A stretch of DNA of 28,453 nucleotides. Source: Zestosphaera tikiterensis (GTDB lineage: Archaea > Thermoproteota > Thermoprotei_A > Sulfolobales > NBVN01). Within the stretch, counting starts at the first letter, position 1. Every line of letters begins with the position of its first letter. Location of the stretch: positions 1 to 28,453 of the forward strand of contig NBVN01000009.1 of assembly GCA_003056265.1 (NCBI GenBank). Reading direction: 5' to 3'. A program made the translations under genes and the position numbers. Below the pieces are notes generated by a model, which ran no database searches, was not told the origin of the DNA, and saw only the letters and a program-made list of their open reading frames with translations. Below are positions 1 to 8,858 of this stretch, piece by piece.

Positions 1-10
1 GGGGTCGTTA

Positions 11-823
11 ATGGGTTGGATCGCTCAAGCATTAGATAAGGTTAGGGTAAGAAGACCTTTAGTTCATAACATAACGAATTACGTGGTTATGAATACCACA
101 GCCAACGCTCTTTTAGCTCTTGGTGCTTCACCTATAATGGCTCACTCGCCGGAGGAGCTTGAAGATTTAATTAAAGTAGCTGACGCCGTGGTTGTAAACA
201 TAGGAACTCTCGACGATAGATGGATATACTCTATGGTTAAGGCGGTCTCCCTAGCTAAGCAGTATGGAAAACCCCTCGTATTAGATCCTGTAGGGGCTGG
301 AGCAACTAAGCTTAGAACCTCAACTGCATTTACTTTATTAAGTGTTGGAGGCGTGAAGATAGTTAGGGGGAATTTCGGGGAGGTTTCAGCGCTTTTAGGT
401 GTGGAAGGCAGGACTAAAGGTGTTGAGGCATCTACATACGACGTTAAGACCGCTGCGGAACTTGCGCTTGAAACCTCTAAGAAGTTTAAAGTCGTTACGG
501 CTGTCTCCGGCCCTACAGACTTCGTAAGTGATGGTACGGAAGTTTACGAAGTAAGGCTTCGCAACAAATCTGAACGACTTGAGGGAGTTATAGGTAGGGT
601 TACGGGGCTTGGCTGCATAGTCACTGCCTTAATAGGGGCTTTCGCAGCTGTTGAAGATCCCCTGAAGGCTGCCGTGGCTGGGTTCGCGACGTTCAAGGCT
701 GTAGCACTTAAGTCTTCAGAGGAGGCGGCATATCCCGGCACCTTCCACGTCAAACTTTATGACTGGCTATATAGAGTAGATGAGGAAGTAATTAATGAGG
801 TAGTTGAGGTGAGGTCTTTTTGA
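11..823 (+). CDS. thiM: Hydroxyethylthiazole kinase (ThiM)
   Basis: 270 aa. The N-terminal 'PLVHNITNYVVMNTTANALLALGASPIMA' block is the characteristic ThiM signature. The stop overlaps the TTG start of the next gene (TTGA). Confidence 0.85.
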   Translation: MGWIAQALDKVRVRRPLVHNITNYVVMNTTANALLALGASPIMAHSPEELEDLIKVADAVVVNIGTLDDRWIYSMVKAVSLAKQYGKPLVLDPVGAGATKLRTSTAFTLLSVGGVKIVRGNFGEVSALLGVEGRTKGVEASTYDVKTAAELALETSKKFKVVTAVSGPTDFVSDGTEVYEVRLRNKSERLEGVIGRVTGLGCIVTALIGAFAAVEDPLKAAVAGFATFKAVALKSSEEAAYPGTFHVKLYDWLYRVDEEVINEVVEVRSF

Positions 824-1464
824 GGCTTGAGGAAGCTCTTAAACTTATAGTTATAACGGATAAGAAGTTAAAGCCCAACGTAGTGAAAGCAGTTGAAGAC
901 GCTCTTAGAGGCGGTGCTACGTCAATTCAACTTAGGCTTAAGGAATCCTCAACCAGGGAGATGATCGAGGTCGGGAAAGCTGTAAGAAAACTTACTGAAG
1001 ATTTCGGAGCTCTTTACTTCGTTGACGATAGGCTTGACGTAGCTTTAGCGACTAACGCTGACGGCATTCAATTAGGTCCTGAGGACATGCCGTTAGACCT
1101 AGCTAAGTCCATCGCTCCAAACCTCATTATAGGGGCTTCCGTCTACAGCGTTGAAGAAGCTGTTGAAGCTGAGAGGTTAGGGGCTCATTTCTTAGGTGCT
1201 GGTTCAGTATATCCAACACCGTCTAAACCTGAAGCTAAAGTGATCGGTATTGAAGGCCTTAAAGAATTGGTAAGGAGAGTGCGGATACCGGTTGTGGCTA
1301 TAGGTGGGATAACGCATTCAAACGTTAAGGAGGTTTTAACGACCGGCGTATGTGGTATAGCGGTTATATCGGCTGTTATGGCAGCTGATGACGTGGAATC
1401 AGCTACTAGAACGCTTAGGGAGTTAATAGATGAGGAACTTAAGAAACGGCGGGGGTTTAGTTGA
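820..1464 (+). CDS. thiE: Thiamine-phosphate synthase (ThiE)
   Basis: 214 aa. TMP-synthase-like blocks are present: 'LIVITD', 'IQLRLK', 'ADGIQLGPED', 'IGASVYSVEEA', 'GSVYPTPSKP', 'VVAIGGI'. TTG start at 820 overlaps the thiM stop. Confidence 0.85.
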   Translation: MRLEEALKLIVITDKKLKPNVVKAVEDALRGGATSIQLRLKESSTREMIEVGKAVRKLTEDFGALYFVDDRLDVALATNADGIQLGPEDMPLDLAKSIAPNLIIGASVYSVEEAVEAERLGAHFLGAGSVYPTPSKPEAKVIGIEGLKELVRRVRIPVVAIGGITHSNVKEVLTTGVCGIAVISAVMAADDVESATRTLRELIDEELKKRRGFS

Positions 1465-2423
1465 CGTCGATAGAGGAGGTTATTAAGAAACTATCACGTA
1501 ACGTTAGAAGACATCCTGAAAGTCTTCTTCCAGGGTTTGAAGACGCGGGTGGAGTGAAACTCGCGGGTGGTTACACAGTAATTAAAGTCGATGGATTCGC
1601 AGCCTCGAGGGCTCTCTATCCTTGGTGTTCCCTCAGCGACTTAGGTTTTAGAGCGGTTACTGCAGCAGTGAGTGACGTTATTGCTAAAGGCTGTAAGCCT
1701 TACATCTACGCCGTCTCCATAGGTGTTAAACCTAATCGCTCAGAAGACGTTGAGCGGATTACCGAAGGTGTTGAGGAGGCCGTTGAATTTTACGGCGGTT
1801 ATGTAGAGAATTACGATACAAACGTAGGAGAGGATACGTGGATAGATGTCTTCATACTGGCTGAATGCGATCTTAAACCTATTCAACGAAGATCTAAAGT
1901 CGGTAACTTACTCATACTTCCTAAGAAGGTAGGGCTTTCTTTCCTAGCGCTCTCTGAATACTCTAAAGGTAAAGTGCCTGAGTCCATTGAAGTAAGGAAG
2001 TTCTCGTGTAGACCTGAAGCGGAGCCACACCTACTTAAGCTAGCTTTAGAGATGCGTCACTGCATCAACGGCTCTATAGACATTAGCGACACACTCTATG
2101 AAGCACTACAGCAACTTACAGAGCCCGGCGGAGTCCTCACAACTGAGGATCCTTCTGAAGCACTGCATCCATTAGCGTTGGACTACGCTAGAGTTGAGGG
2201 CGTACCTAAAGCTTTAGCACTTATAGCGTCAAACGAAGAGTACATACCAATATACTCGGTTAAGGATTGTTGCGTGGATGACTTCAAAGAAGTTTTAAGG
2301 AGTTTAGGCTATCAACCTACGGTGTTAGGTGTAGTTATAGGATCTAATGAGATATTGTTAAGAGGCGTACAGGTTAAGAAAGTTATATGGGATTACAGTA
2401 GTGGGTCTGTGAAAATCCAATAA
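1461..2423 (+). CDS. thiL: Thiamine-monophosphate kinase-like protein (AIR synthase/PurM superfamily)
   Basis: 320 aa. The 'EDAGGV...VIKVDGF' N-terminal arrangement resembles ThiL/PurM-fold proteins. It is translationally coupled to thiE (TTGA overlap at 1461-1464). The assignment rests partly on operon context. Confidence 0.5.
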   Translation: MTSIEEVIKKLSRNVRRHPESLLPGFEDAGGVKLAGGYTVIKVDGFAASRALYPWCSLSDLGFRAVTAAVSDVIAKGCKPYIYAVSIGVKPNRSEDVERITEGVEEAVEFYGGYVENYDTNVGEDTWIDVFILAECDLKPIQRRSKVGNLLILPKKVGLSFLALSEYSKGKVPESIEVRKFSCRPEAEPHLLKLALEMRHCINGSIDISDTLYEALQQLTEPGGVLTTEDPSEALHPLALDYARVEGVPKALALIASNEEYIPIYSVKDCCVDDFKEVLRSLGYQPTVLGVVIGSNEILLRGVQVKKVIWDYSSGSVKIQ

Positions 2424-2551
2424 CTTAAGCAACACTCCCTCAATACGAACAATATTTGATAAATTTCGAAACGTCTTATTTCTTAAAATGCTTTTGGAAT
2501 AAATAAAACGTTTATTTACGTTCATAAGAAACTCAATATGGTGGTTTAAGT

Positions 2552-2725
2552 ATGGCTAAAGCTGTGGATCCAGTATGTGGTATGGAAGTAGATACGGAGA
2601 AAGCTAAGTTTGTAGTAGCATATAAGGGTAAGGTATACTACTTCTGCAGCCAACACTGTAAAAAGAAGTTTGAAGCTAATCCGGAGTATTACTTAACGCA
2701 TGGTCCTGAAGGCATGAATCCTTAG
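2552..2725 (+). CDS. Small YHS/TRASH-type metal-binding domain protein (57 aa)
   Basis: Hand-translated and not in the supplied ORF track: MAKAVDPVCGMEVDTEKAKFVVAYKGKVYYFCSQHCKKKFEANPEYYLTHGPEGMNP*. It has the classic YHS pattern 'DPVCGM.V......Y.G..YYFCS..C...F'. A GGTGG Shine-Dalgarno-like element lies 8 nt upstream and an A/T palindrome/TATA lies at 2500-2518. Confidence 0.6.
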   Translation: MAKAVDPVCGMEVDTEKAKFVVAYKGKVYYFCSQHCKKKFEANPEYYLTHGPEGMNP

Positions 2726-2905
2726 CAACGAAGGTTTTTAACCTACGATAACCTCCTCACTCTTCAGCTTTTCAATTGCTTCTCTATATCTTATCATCTT
2801 TGTCTAATCTAAGTCCAATTCTTAGGTTGTTTTATTATACAGTCTCGAAGGATCTCGAGGGCTTTACCTTCAAAAGGTGGGGGCTTTCAGTTGTGAAATG
2901 TTTTG

Positions 2906-3454
2906 TTAATGAATAGTCACGTATTTATATCCATAAGCGTATATATCCCCACCTACGTGGAGTAGGATGTTCGCTTTCTCATCGTAGAATCTCTCTTTAA
3001 AGATACTTTCATCAACGAAGACTTTAGTTGCTTGAAACGTAAGTAGTGCGTGATCCTCATATCTCAACTCATCCTTTAAAACACTTTCAACGTAGGCTGG
3101 CACACCTTTAATGTGGGGAACTTTAAATTCTTCACTATATTCGAGTTCTAACCCAGCTTTAGAGAGTTTATCTGGAACTTCCTCCCCTGAGACGCTACCG
3201 ACGTAATGAGCTTCTTTAAGCATTGCGTAAGGTATTATATTGAGCGTTGCTTGCTGCGATTCCTTAACGTATTTATATGTTAACCGTCTATAGCTTAGTG
3301 AGACAGCATATATAAACGGACTCACGTTTACCGGTGTAAACCAAGCTACAGTACAGCCGTTAACTAAGCCTTTTGAGGATATAGATATCAACACCGCAAC
3401 AGGTCTTGGATGCATAACTCTGGCGACGTATTTAGAGTTAGTTACGTCTATCAA
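2906..3454 (-). CDS. Flavin reductase-like (FMN-binding split-barrel) protein
   Basis: 182 aa. 'HPRPVAVLISISSKGLVNGCTVAWFTPVNVSPFIYAVSLS' matches the flavin_reduct domain layout (P.PV.lv...g..N.mt.sw..pvs..Pp.v.vsi). Confidence 0.6.
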   Translation of the reverse strand: MIDVTNSKYVARVMHPRPVAVLISISSKGLVNGCTVAWFTPVNVSPFIYAVSLSYRRLTYKYVKESQQATLNIIPYAMLKEAHYVGSVSGEEVPDKLSKAGLELEYSEEFKVPHIKGVPAYVESVLKDELRYEDHALLTFQATKVFVDESIFKERFYDEKANILLHVGGDIYAYGYKYVTIH

Positions 3455-3503
3455 ACAGATCCACCAAGTATTAAAAGCTCTGAAATGCTTAAATACCTAC
3501 ATC

Positions 3504-3956
3504 TTAGGTTTTAAATAACGTCAAGCATATCTTACAACCGACGGCAACGTCTCTGTTATCTATTAACGCATGATATTTACAGAGTGCCCCGCTTGAAAGC
3601 AATTCCAACACCAACTTAGTTAATTGAAACTCTACCTCAATCCCCCTGACCTTACCTTCTTTAACGTTTAAAGCTAACTCCCTAATCCTCGCTTCTACGT
3701 AAGGCGGTAACTTAACCACTTGAGACATACCTCTATAACCATCGGCATACTTAGATATAGTCGCTTGAGACATGCCAGTTAATTCAGATATCTTCATCTG
3801 CGTTAGGGAGTATTCCCTATAAAGTATGTCTATCAACCTCTTCTTCAAAAGAGGCATTACGTGCCTCCCAGCGAAATCGAATGGGTTAACTTTCATCTCA
3901 GTCCTCCCTACTTTATAGTGAGTGTCGGTAAATAAATCCATACGTAATAATCTCAA
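3504..3956 (-). CDS. HTH (XRE-like) transcriptional regulator with C-terminal Cys pair
   Basis: Helix-turn-helix 'LTQMKISELTGMSQATISKYADGYRG'. The C-terminus carries 'CKYH...VGCKIC'. The true start may be the internal ATG at 3896 (MKVNPF...), which is preceded by GGGAGG 6-7 nt upstream and a TTTATTTA box about 35 nt upstream. Confidence 0.55.
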   Translation of the reverse strand: MRLLRMDLFTDTHYKVGRTEMKVNPFDFAGRHVMPLLKKRLIDILYREYSLTQMKISELTGMSQATISKYADGYRGMSQVVKLPPYVEARIRELALNVKEGKVRGIEVEFQLTKLVLELLSSGALCKYHALIDNRDVAVGCKICLTLFKT

Positions 3957-3964
3957 GCGTTAAC

Positions 3965-3975
3965 TTATATTTAAA
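3965..3975 (+). promoter_or_regulatory. TATA-like box upstream of the DUF59 gene
   Basis: TTATATTTAAA, centred about 37 nt upstream of the TTG start at 4007, in the divergent region shared with the HTH regulator. Confidence 0.3.
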
Positions 3976-4006
3976 CTCCGTTAACGTATTCTACACGGGG
4001 GTTACG

Positions 4007-4360
4007 TTGGCTTCGGAGTTGAGAGCTAAAATCGTTGAAGCGTTGAAAAACGTTTACGATCCTGAAATACCTGTGAATGTTTGGGATTTAGGACTGATAT
4101 ACGAGTTAAACGTCGACGATACAGGTGAGGTCTACGTGTTAATGACTTTAACGGCTCCGGCGTGTCCCATAGCGCAAAGCATCGTGTCCTACGTTGAAGA
4201 CGCTATAAGAAGCGTTGAAGGAGTTAAAGACGTTAAAGTAGAGTTGACTTTCGACCCGCCTTGGAACCCAAAAAGAATGACTCAAGAAGGTAGGGAAGCT
4301 TTTAAAGCACTCTACGGATACGACATAGTTGAGTTTTGGGAAAGGACTCAATCACAGTAG
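4007..4360 (+). CDS. DUF59 / MIP18-SufT-family Fe-S cluster assembly protein
   Basis: 117 aa. 'VYDPEIPVNVWDLGLIYE' and 'MTLTAPACP' are the hallmark DUF59 blocks. TTG start at 4007. Confidence 0.7.
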   Translation: MASELRAKIVEALKNVYDPEIPVNVWDLGLIYELNVDDTGEVYVLMTLTAPACPIAQSIVSYVEDAIRSVEGVKDVKVELTFDPPWNPKRMTQEGREAFKALYGYDIVEFWERTQSQ

Positions 4361-4423
4361 GTTTTAACTTTTTAATGATGTGTAGAGAGCTCTTGCTTAC
4401 GCAGGCTATGGAAGAAGTTGAAG

Positions 4424-5515
4424 TTAGGTTATCTGAGTTAAGCGCCCGTCCTCTTCAACTATGAAGGTTTCTTCTCTTTTTACTTGACCTACTCCAGGTA
4501 GCAGGATAGGTGCGTGCACCATGGCTAAACTCATGGAGGGTTTAACCTCCATAAACCTATGTTTAGGTAGGATAGTAGTTATTGGGGTCTCCTCAACTTT
4601 AAGACCTACTGAGTGTACATAACCTAAGACTCTATACCCTAACATGCCGTGTTTAGCATATATCTCATCAAGCTTCTTCATGACGTCTGCGAATCTAACG
4701 CCGACTTTAGTTTGCTCTACAGCTGCGTTGAAGACTTCATCCATGCATTTAAGGGCTTTAACTCCTGCTTCACTTAAAGAACCTATAGGTATACTAGCGC
4801 TTTTATTTACGTAATACCTGAAGTGATCAGCGTCTATAACTACAGTCACCGTAGTCCCCTCAACCACCTTAACCGTAGATAGTGGTTCGCTATGGATTCT
4901 TGGGTGTGGGCCGGCGTTAACGTAAACTAACGGCTCCTCGGATCCTAACTTATATAGCGTGTTATACACTTCAGCAGCTATCTCAGTTTCGCTAACGCCG
5001 GGTTTAATCACGTTTAAGGCTTTTTCGAAAGCTACTTTAGCTTTCGCGCCTGCCTCCCTTAAAAACTGCTTTTCATAGTCGTCCTTTAACATTCTTAAGC
5101 TATCTATTAAATCGCTTACGTCTACTACCTCAACCCCTTTGTTAAGTCTTTTGAAGGTCTCGAAGAACAGTATGTAGGCGTCTCTCTCAACGCCGAATTC
5201 CATACCAACCTTCCTAGCTCCAATACTCCTTAAGAATGAGCTGACTTTACCCATAAGCTCACCCCCTTCAACGAAGGTATCGACGTTCTTAATCCAAGAC
5301 ATTTGCTTAAATCCTTCCTCCTCACCTCTAGCCACGAAAACTAGCGGCTCCCCATCCGCTGGAATTATTAAAGCCGGCCTCAACCATTTAATCCCGGTTA
5401 AGTATATGAACGTAGATAAAGCTCTAACTACTACAGCGTCTAAACCTAAGGCTTTAATACCCTCCTGAAGTTTTAAGTACCTACGTCTTAAAACCTCTTC
5501 AGGAACTCTAAGCAT
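4424..5515 (-). CDS. M24-family (Xaa-Pro dipeptidase/creatinase-fold) protein
   Basis: 363 aa with an N-terminal creatinase/prolidase domain and a C-terminal pita-bread fold ('VVIDAD', 'VHSVGLKVEE', 'VKREETFIV'). By eye, two of the five canonical metal ligands appear substituted (see findings). Confidence 0.7.
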   Translation of the reverse strand: MLRVPEEVLRRRYLKLQEGIKALGLDAVVVRALSTFIYLTGIKWLRPALIIPADGEPLVFVARGEEEGFKQMSWIKNVDTFVEGGELMGKVSSFLRSIGARKVGMEFGVERDAYILFFETFKRLNKGVEVVDVSDLIDSLRMLKDDYEKQFLREAGAKAKVAFEKALNVIKPGVSETEIAAEVYNTLYKLGSEEPLVYVNAGPHPRIHSEPLSTVKVVEGTTVTVVIDADHFRYYVNKSASIPIGSLSEAGVKALKCMDEVFNAAVEQTKVGVRFADVMKKLDEIYAKHGMLGYRVLGYVHSVGLKVEETPITTILPKHRFMEVKPSMSLAMVHAPILLPGVGQVKREETFIVEEDGRLTQIT

Positions 5516-5526
5516 GACTTACCCCC

Positions 5527-6870
5527 CTAATCAAGAAGTCTTTTCTCTCCTTCTATCTTTTTAATATCTGTGATATCTTGAACTACCTCTAAAGTGCCTA
5601 AGTACTTACCTTCAGAGCTTCTTACGGGTAGGTACTTTATATATATTAACCTCCCACCCATATTTATCCAGAAATCAGCTGAATCCCGCTTACCTGCTTT
5701 AAACTCCTCAACGATTTTCTTCACGATATGAACGCTTCTAGGCGGGTGGCAGAACTCAACAGGCCTACCTACCTCCACCTTAGTCCTCACGAATATTTTA
5801 TCTTTGTTCTTACTGTAAAATACGAACCTATCGTTAGCATCGATGAACGATATCTCAACAGGTAACGCGTTAATTAAGGACTCAAGCTCTTCAAGAGTTA
5901 AGTAACCATCACCGATTTTAATCCTGCCCTTAACTTCAGCCGGGTTGTAAACGTCTAGAAACTCACCTCTACTCTCAACAACAGCTCTAAACTCCGCCGG
6001 TAACTTACTGAGGACTTCCTCACTTACTTCAGGACGTATCTGATATGGGTAGATAGGCTCTGCCGACGGCTTCCAAACACCCGCCTCAGGCCTTACTTTA
6101 TAGAAGCCTATATCACTTTCAGATTCTTTAATCGCTACCCACTCACCTTCAGAGAACAGTAGCTGAATAGCTGGGAAGAGGATCTTACTCTCTCTAAACA
6201 CGATGTCTGTAAATTCACGTGTTAAAAACGCTATCTTATTCACTACCTCGTCTAGAGCAGTGATGCTGAAGTCTTTCGAAGCTTTCAAACCCTCAATTTC
6301 ATTGAGTAAGTTCCTAAGGTATAACATCGCCTGATCCTCCTTACTCCATAAAACCCTAGGTACGGCGGTGATACCCCTCCTCTCCAAGTAGGGAAACACT
6401 AAAGCCTGCAACTTCCTGTAGTGCTTCTTAAAATCCCTTAATGACTTAAGAATGCTGTAAATCTCTTCAAGGATTTCGTCCTTCTTACCGAATCCCTTTA
6501 AAGCCTGCGATAAAACACTTAACTTCTCTAAATCCTTAAGTAGCTCTTCATTCTCTGAAATTAAGTCGTGGAGTGGATGGCCTACAGGCACTTCATACGG
6601 TAGACTAACCTTCAGAAGGGAATCCCTAAGCATTTCCACGTGGATATCACATACCTTAAATATTTCCTGAGGTGTAAAACCCTCCTTAAGTAATTCCTGC
6701 TCAGCTAACACAACTTCAAAAGGGTTTAAACCGCTTAACGCCTCCTTCAACTCCTTCTTAAGGATGTCTAACGGAACTCCCTCGTGAGCCTTACGCAGTA
6801 ATTCCTTCAACTTGATTACATTATCCTTAACCTGCCTAACCCCTTTTTCATTACTCAAATTATTCCCCAT
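5527..6870 (-). CDS. DUF438 / hemerythrin-like / PAS domain protein
   Basis: 447 aa. The architecture resembles the DUF438-hemerythrin-PAS family: N-terminal 'LNPFEVVLAEQELLKEGFTPQEI', central His/Glu-containing helices, and a C-terminal PAS-like 'FIDANDRFVFYS...FCHPPRSVHIV'. It lies 11 bp upstream of the M24 gene on the same strand. Confidence 0.6.
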   Translation of the reverse strand: MGNNLSNEKGVRQVKDNVIKLKELLRKAHEGVPLDILKKELKEALSGLNPFEVVLAEQELLKEGFTPQEIFKVCDIHVEMLRDSLLKVSLPYEVPVGHPLHDLISENEELLKDLEKLSVLSQALKGFGKKDEILEEIYSILKSLRDFKKHYRKLQALVFPYLERRGITAVPRVLWSKEDQAMLYLRNLLNEIEGLKASKDFSITALDEVVNKIAFLTREFTDIVFRESKILFPAIQLLFSEGEWVAIKESESDIGFYKVRPEAGVWKPSAEPIYPYQIRPEVSEEVLSKLPAEFRAVVESRGEFLDVYNPAEVKGRIKIGDGYLTLEELESLINALPVEISFIDANDRFVFYSKNKDKIFVRTKVEVGRPVEFCHPPRSVHIVKKIVEEFKAGKRDSADFWINMGGRLIYIKYLPVRSSEGKYLGTLEVVQDITDIKKIEGEKRLLD

Positions 6871-7067
6871 GTAATATTAGAGGATACCTTAATAAACTTT
6901 ACGCATTAACAACGCCTAACTATCGATTAAAGACCTTCATTCTTCACGACTAAGACTGCGTCTACGCACTTCCCTGAAAGATATGCGTACCTATTGAGTT
7001 ACTGCTGACCTACTCAGTAAACCTGCAAAGCATTTAATGTTTAATAAGCTAGTTTTTACATTGAAAA

Positions 7068-8858
7068 CTACTTTAGCATTTCACTAACTTTATTTCTGTA
7101 ATATTCCAACGCTTTAATCATATACTCTTCAGTTATTAAGCCGTTGGGGGTGGGTATTTCAAAGATTCTCTTAGGTAGTTTAAGCTCATCGAGTTTATAC
7201 CCTAACGCTAGCTTAAGTTTTAACTTTTCTTTATATATTTCAAACCCTACCCTCCTTAAGTCCTCCTCACTTAATTTAAGTCCTAGAGGTGTTAACGCTT
7301 TAACGACTGTTGCTGGTTTGTAAGCCCCTCTAGCGAATAGGCAAAGAACTAAGGAAGTTAATACCTGCCTCCAAGCTTCCTCCTCAATTATCTCATCCAC
7401 GAGTTTCTCAGGTGGCGGGTATTGCTTTCCAATGTATTTCTGATCTATTGAGTAGCCAGCGTTGTCTAAGTGACTATGTCTTAACCCAACTAAATATCCT
7501 AAATGAGCGCCTGGACCCGTATGATATCCAGGCATTTCGTTTTTGCCGTACGTTAAAGCAAATTCCAACCCGCCGTATTTTCTAGCCGCTTCCTCTGTTC
7601 CTAAAGCTAGCGTTGCGTAGAACTCGTTTGGCTGCTTGACTATATACCTAACCATCTCTATGTAGGTCTTCCAATCACCCCATTCCGGCTTAACAAGCGT
7701 TTCCTTCTCGGTTATCAACCCTCTCTTAAAAGCTTCTGTAGTCCAAGCTAGGGCTACGCCAGTGCTCATAGCGTCTAGACCGGCTACGTCGACCTCCTCT
7801 ATAAGCCTTAGGAGGCCGTCCCTATCGCTTACGCCTAACATAGTTCCTAAAGCGTATATCGGTTCGTAATCGTAACCTATATACCTAGTCGTGTAGAAAT
7901 ACTTCTCATGCGGGTACCTCTCCCTAATAACCGCTATGTGTATGCACGCTACAGGGCAGTGAGCGCAGGCTACCCTCCTAGCAAGCGAGTATTCCGCGAA
8001 AGACTCGCCACTAAGTTTCTCAGCGTCTTCAAACTTACCTGAAGTTAAGTTCCTCGTGGGTAAGGCTCCCATGACGTTCAACGGCATTACGTTATGTGGA
8101 GTTCCTAAATCATGGTATTTCTGCATCACCGGGCTTTTAGTGATTTCATCGAATATCTCTTTATACACCTTTCTATATTCAGATACGTCAGCTACGGGGA
8201 CGGATCTCTTACCCCCAATCACCACAGCCTTAAGTTTTTTAGAACCCCATACAGCACCTAACCCCAACCTGCCGAAGTGTCTGTAGGTCTCAAGAACTAC
8301 AGACGCATACCTCACTAACCTCTCACCAGCTCTGCCTATCCTCATTATAGTTCTTAAACCAGGCCAAGGCTCCCTCTCACGTAAGACCTTACCTATAGTT
8401 AAGGAGCTCCTAACACCCCATAAAGCACTAGCGTCTTTAAACTCGACCTTACCCTCATGTATCGATAGATAGACAGGTATTTCACTAGCGCCTTTGATAA
8501 CTATAGCTCCATACCCGGCCATCCTAATGGCTATAGCCGCTCTACCGCCAGCGTGGGATTCACCTAAATTACCTGTTAGAGGAGATTTAAACATAGCCAC
8601 AACTTTAGACGCTGTGGGGTAAAGACCTGTTAACAAACCTATAGCTAACACCACAACGTTATCGGGGCTTAAAGGATCTACGTCGGGTCTCAACTCCTCC
8701 TTAAGGAGTTGCGTAGCTACGCCAGTACCGCCTAAGAACTTATTGAAGAGGTCGGGCCTCGACCTAACCCAGAAAGTCTTCCTGCTTAAGTCTATGTAAA
8801 GCACTCTATAGATTAACTCATCCTTAATCGGGTCAACCATATTAAGCCACCTCCTCAA
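7068..8858 (-). CDS. aor: Aldehyde:ferredoxin oxidoreductase family tungstoenzyme
   Basis: 596 aa. It has an AOR N-terminal domain ('LYIDLS......R.....F.GG.G.A..LL'), a 'GESHAGG' block, the [4Fe-4S] motif 'CAHCPVAC', and a late 'LVLCLFA' Cys. The subtype (AOR/FOR/WOR) cannot be resolved by eye. Confidence 0.85.
   Translation of the reverse strand: MRRWLNMVDPIKDELIYRVLYIDLSRKTFWVRSRPDLFNKFLGGTGVATQLLKEELRPDVDPLSPDNVVVLAIGLLTGLYPTASKVVAMFKSPLTGNLGESHAGGRAAIAIRMAGYGAIVIKGASEIPVYLSIHEGKVEFKDASALWGVRSSLTIGKVLREREPWPGLRTIMRIGRAGERLVRYASVVLETYRHFGRLGLGAVWGSKKLKAVVIGGKRSVPVADVSEYRKVYKEIFDEITKSPVMQKYHDLGTPHNVMPLNVMGALPTRNLTSGKFEDAEKLSGESFAEYSLARRVACAHCPVACIHIAVIRERYPHEKYFYTTRYIGYDYEPIYALGTMLGVSDRDGLLRLIEEVDVAGLDAMSTGVALAWTTEAFKRGLITEKETLVKPEWGDWKTYIEMVRYIVKQPNEFYATLALGTEEAARKYGGLEFALTYGKNEMPGYHTGPGAHLGYLVGLRHSHLDNAGYSIDQKYIGKQYPPPEKLVDEIIEEEAWRQVLTSLVLCLFARGAYKPATVVKALTPLGLKLSEEDLRRVGFEIYKEKLKLKLALGYKLDELKLPKRIFEIPTPNGLITEEYMIKALEYYRNKVSEMLK

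Noticed and set aside
1-10. A TPP riboswitch upstream of thiM.
   Set aside because: Only 10 nt of upstream sequence are in the window, so this cannot be assessed. TPP riboswitches are also rare in archaea.
2726-2905. A tiny minus-strand ORF (MIRYREAIEKLKSEEVIVG*) in the 180-bp gap between the YHS ORF and the flavin reductase gene.
   Set aside because: It is only 19 codons with no recognisable motif or start signals, so it is indistinguishable from chance.
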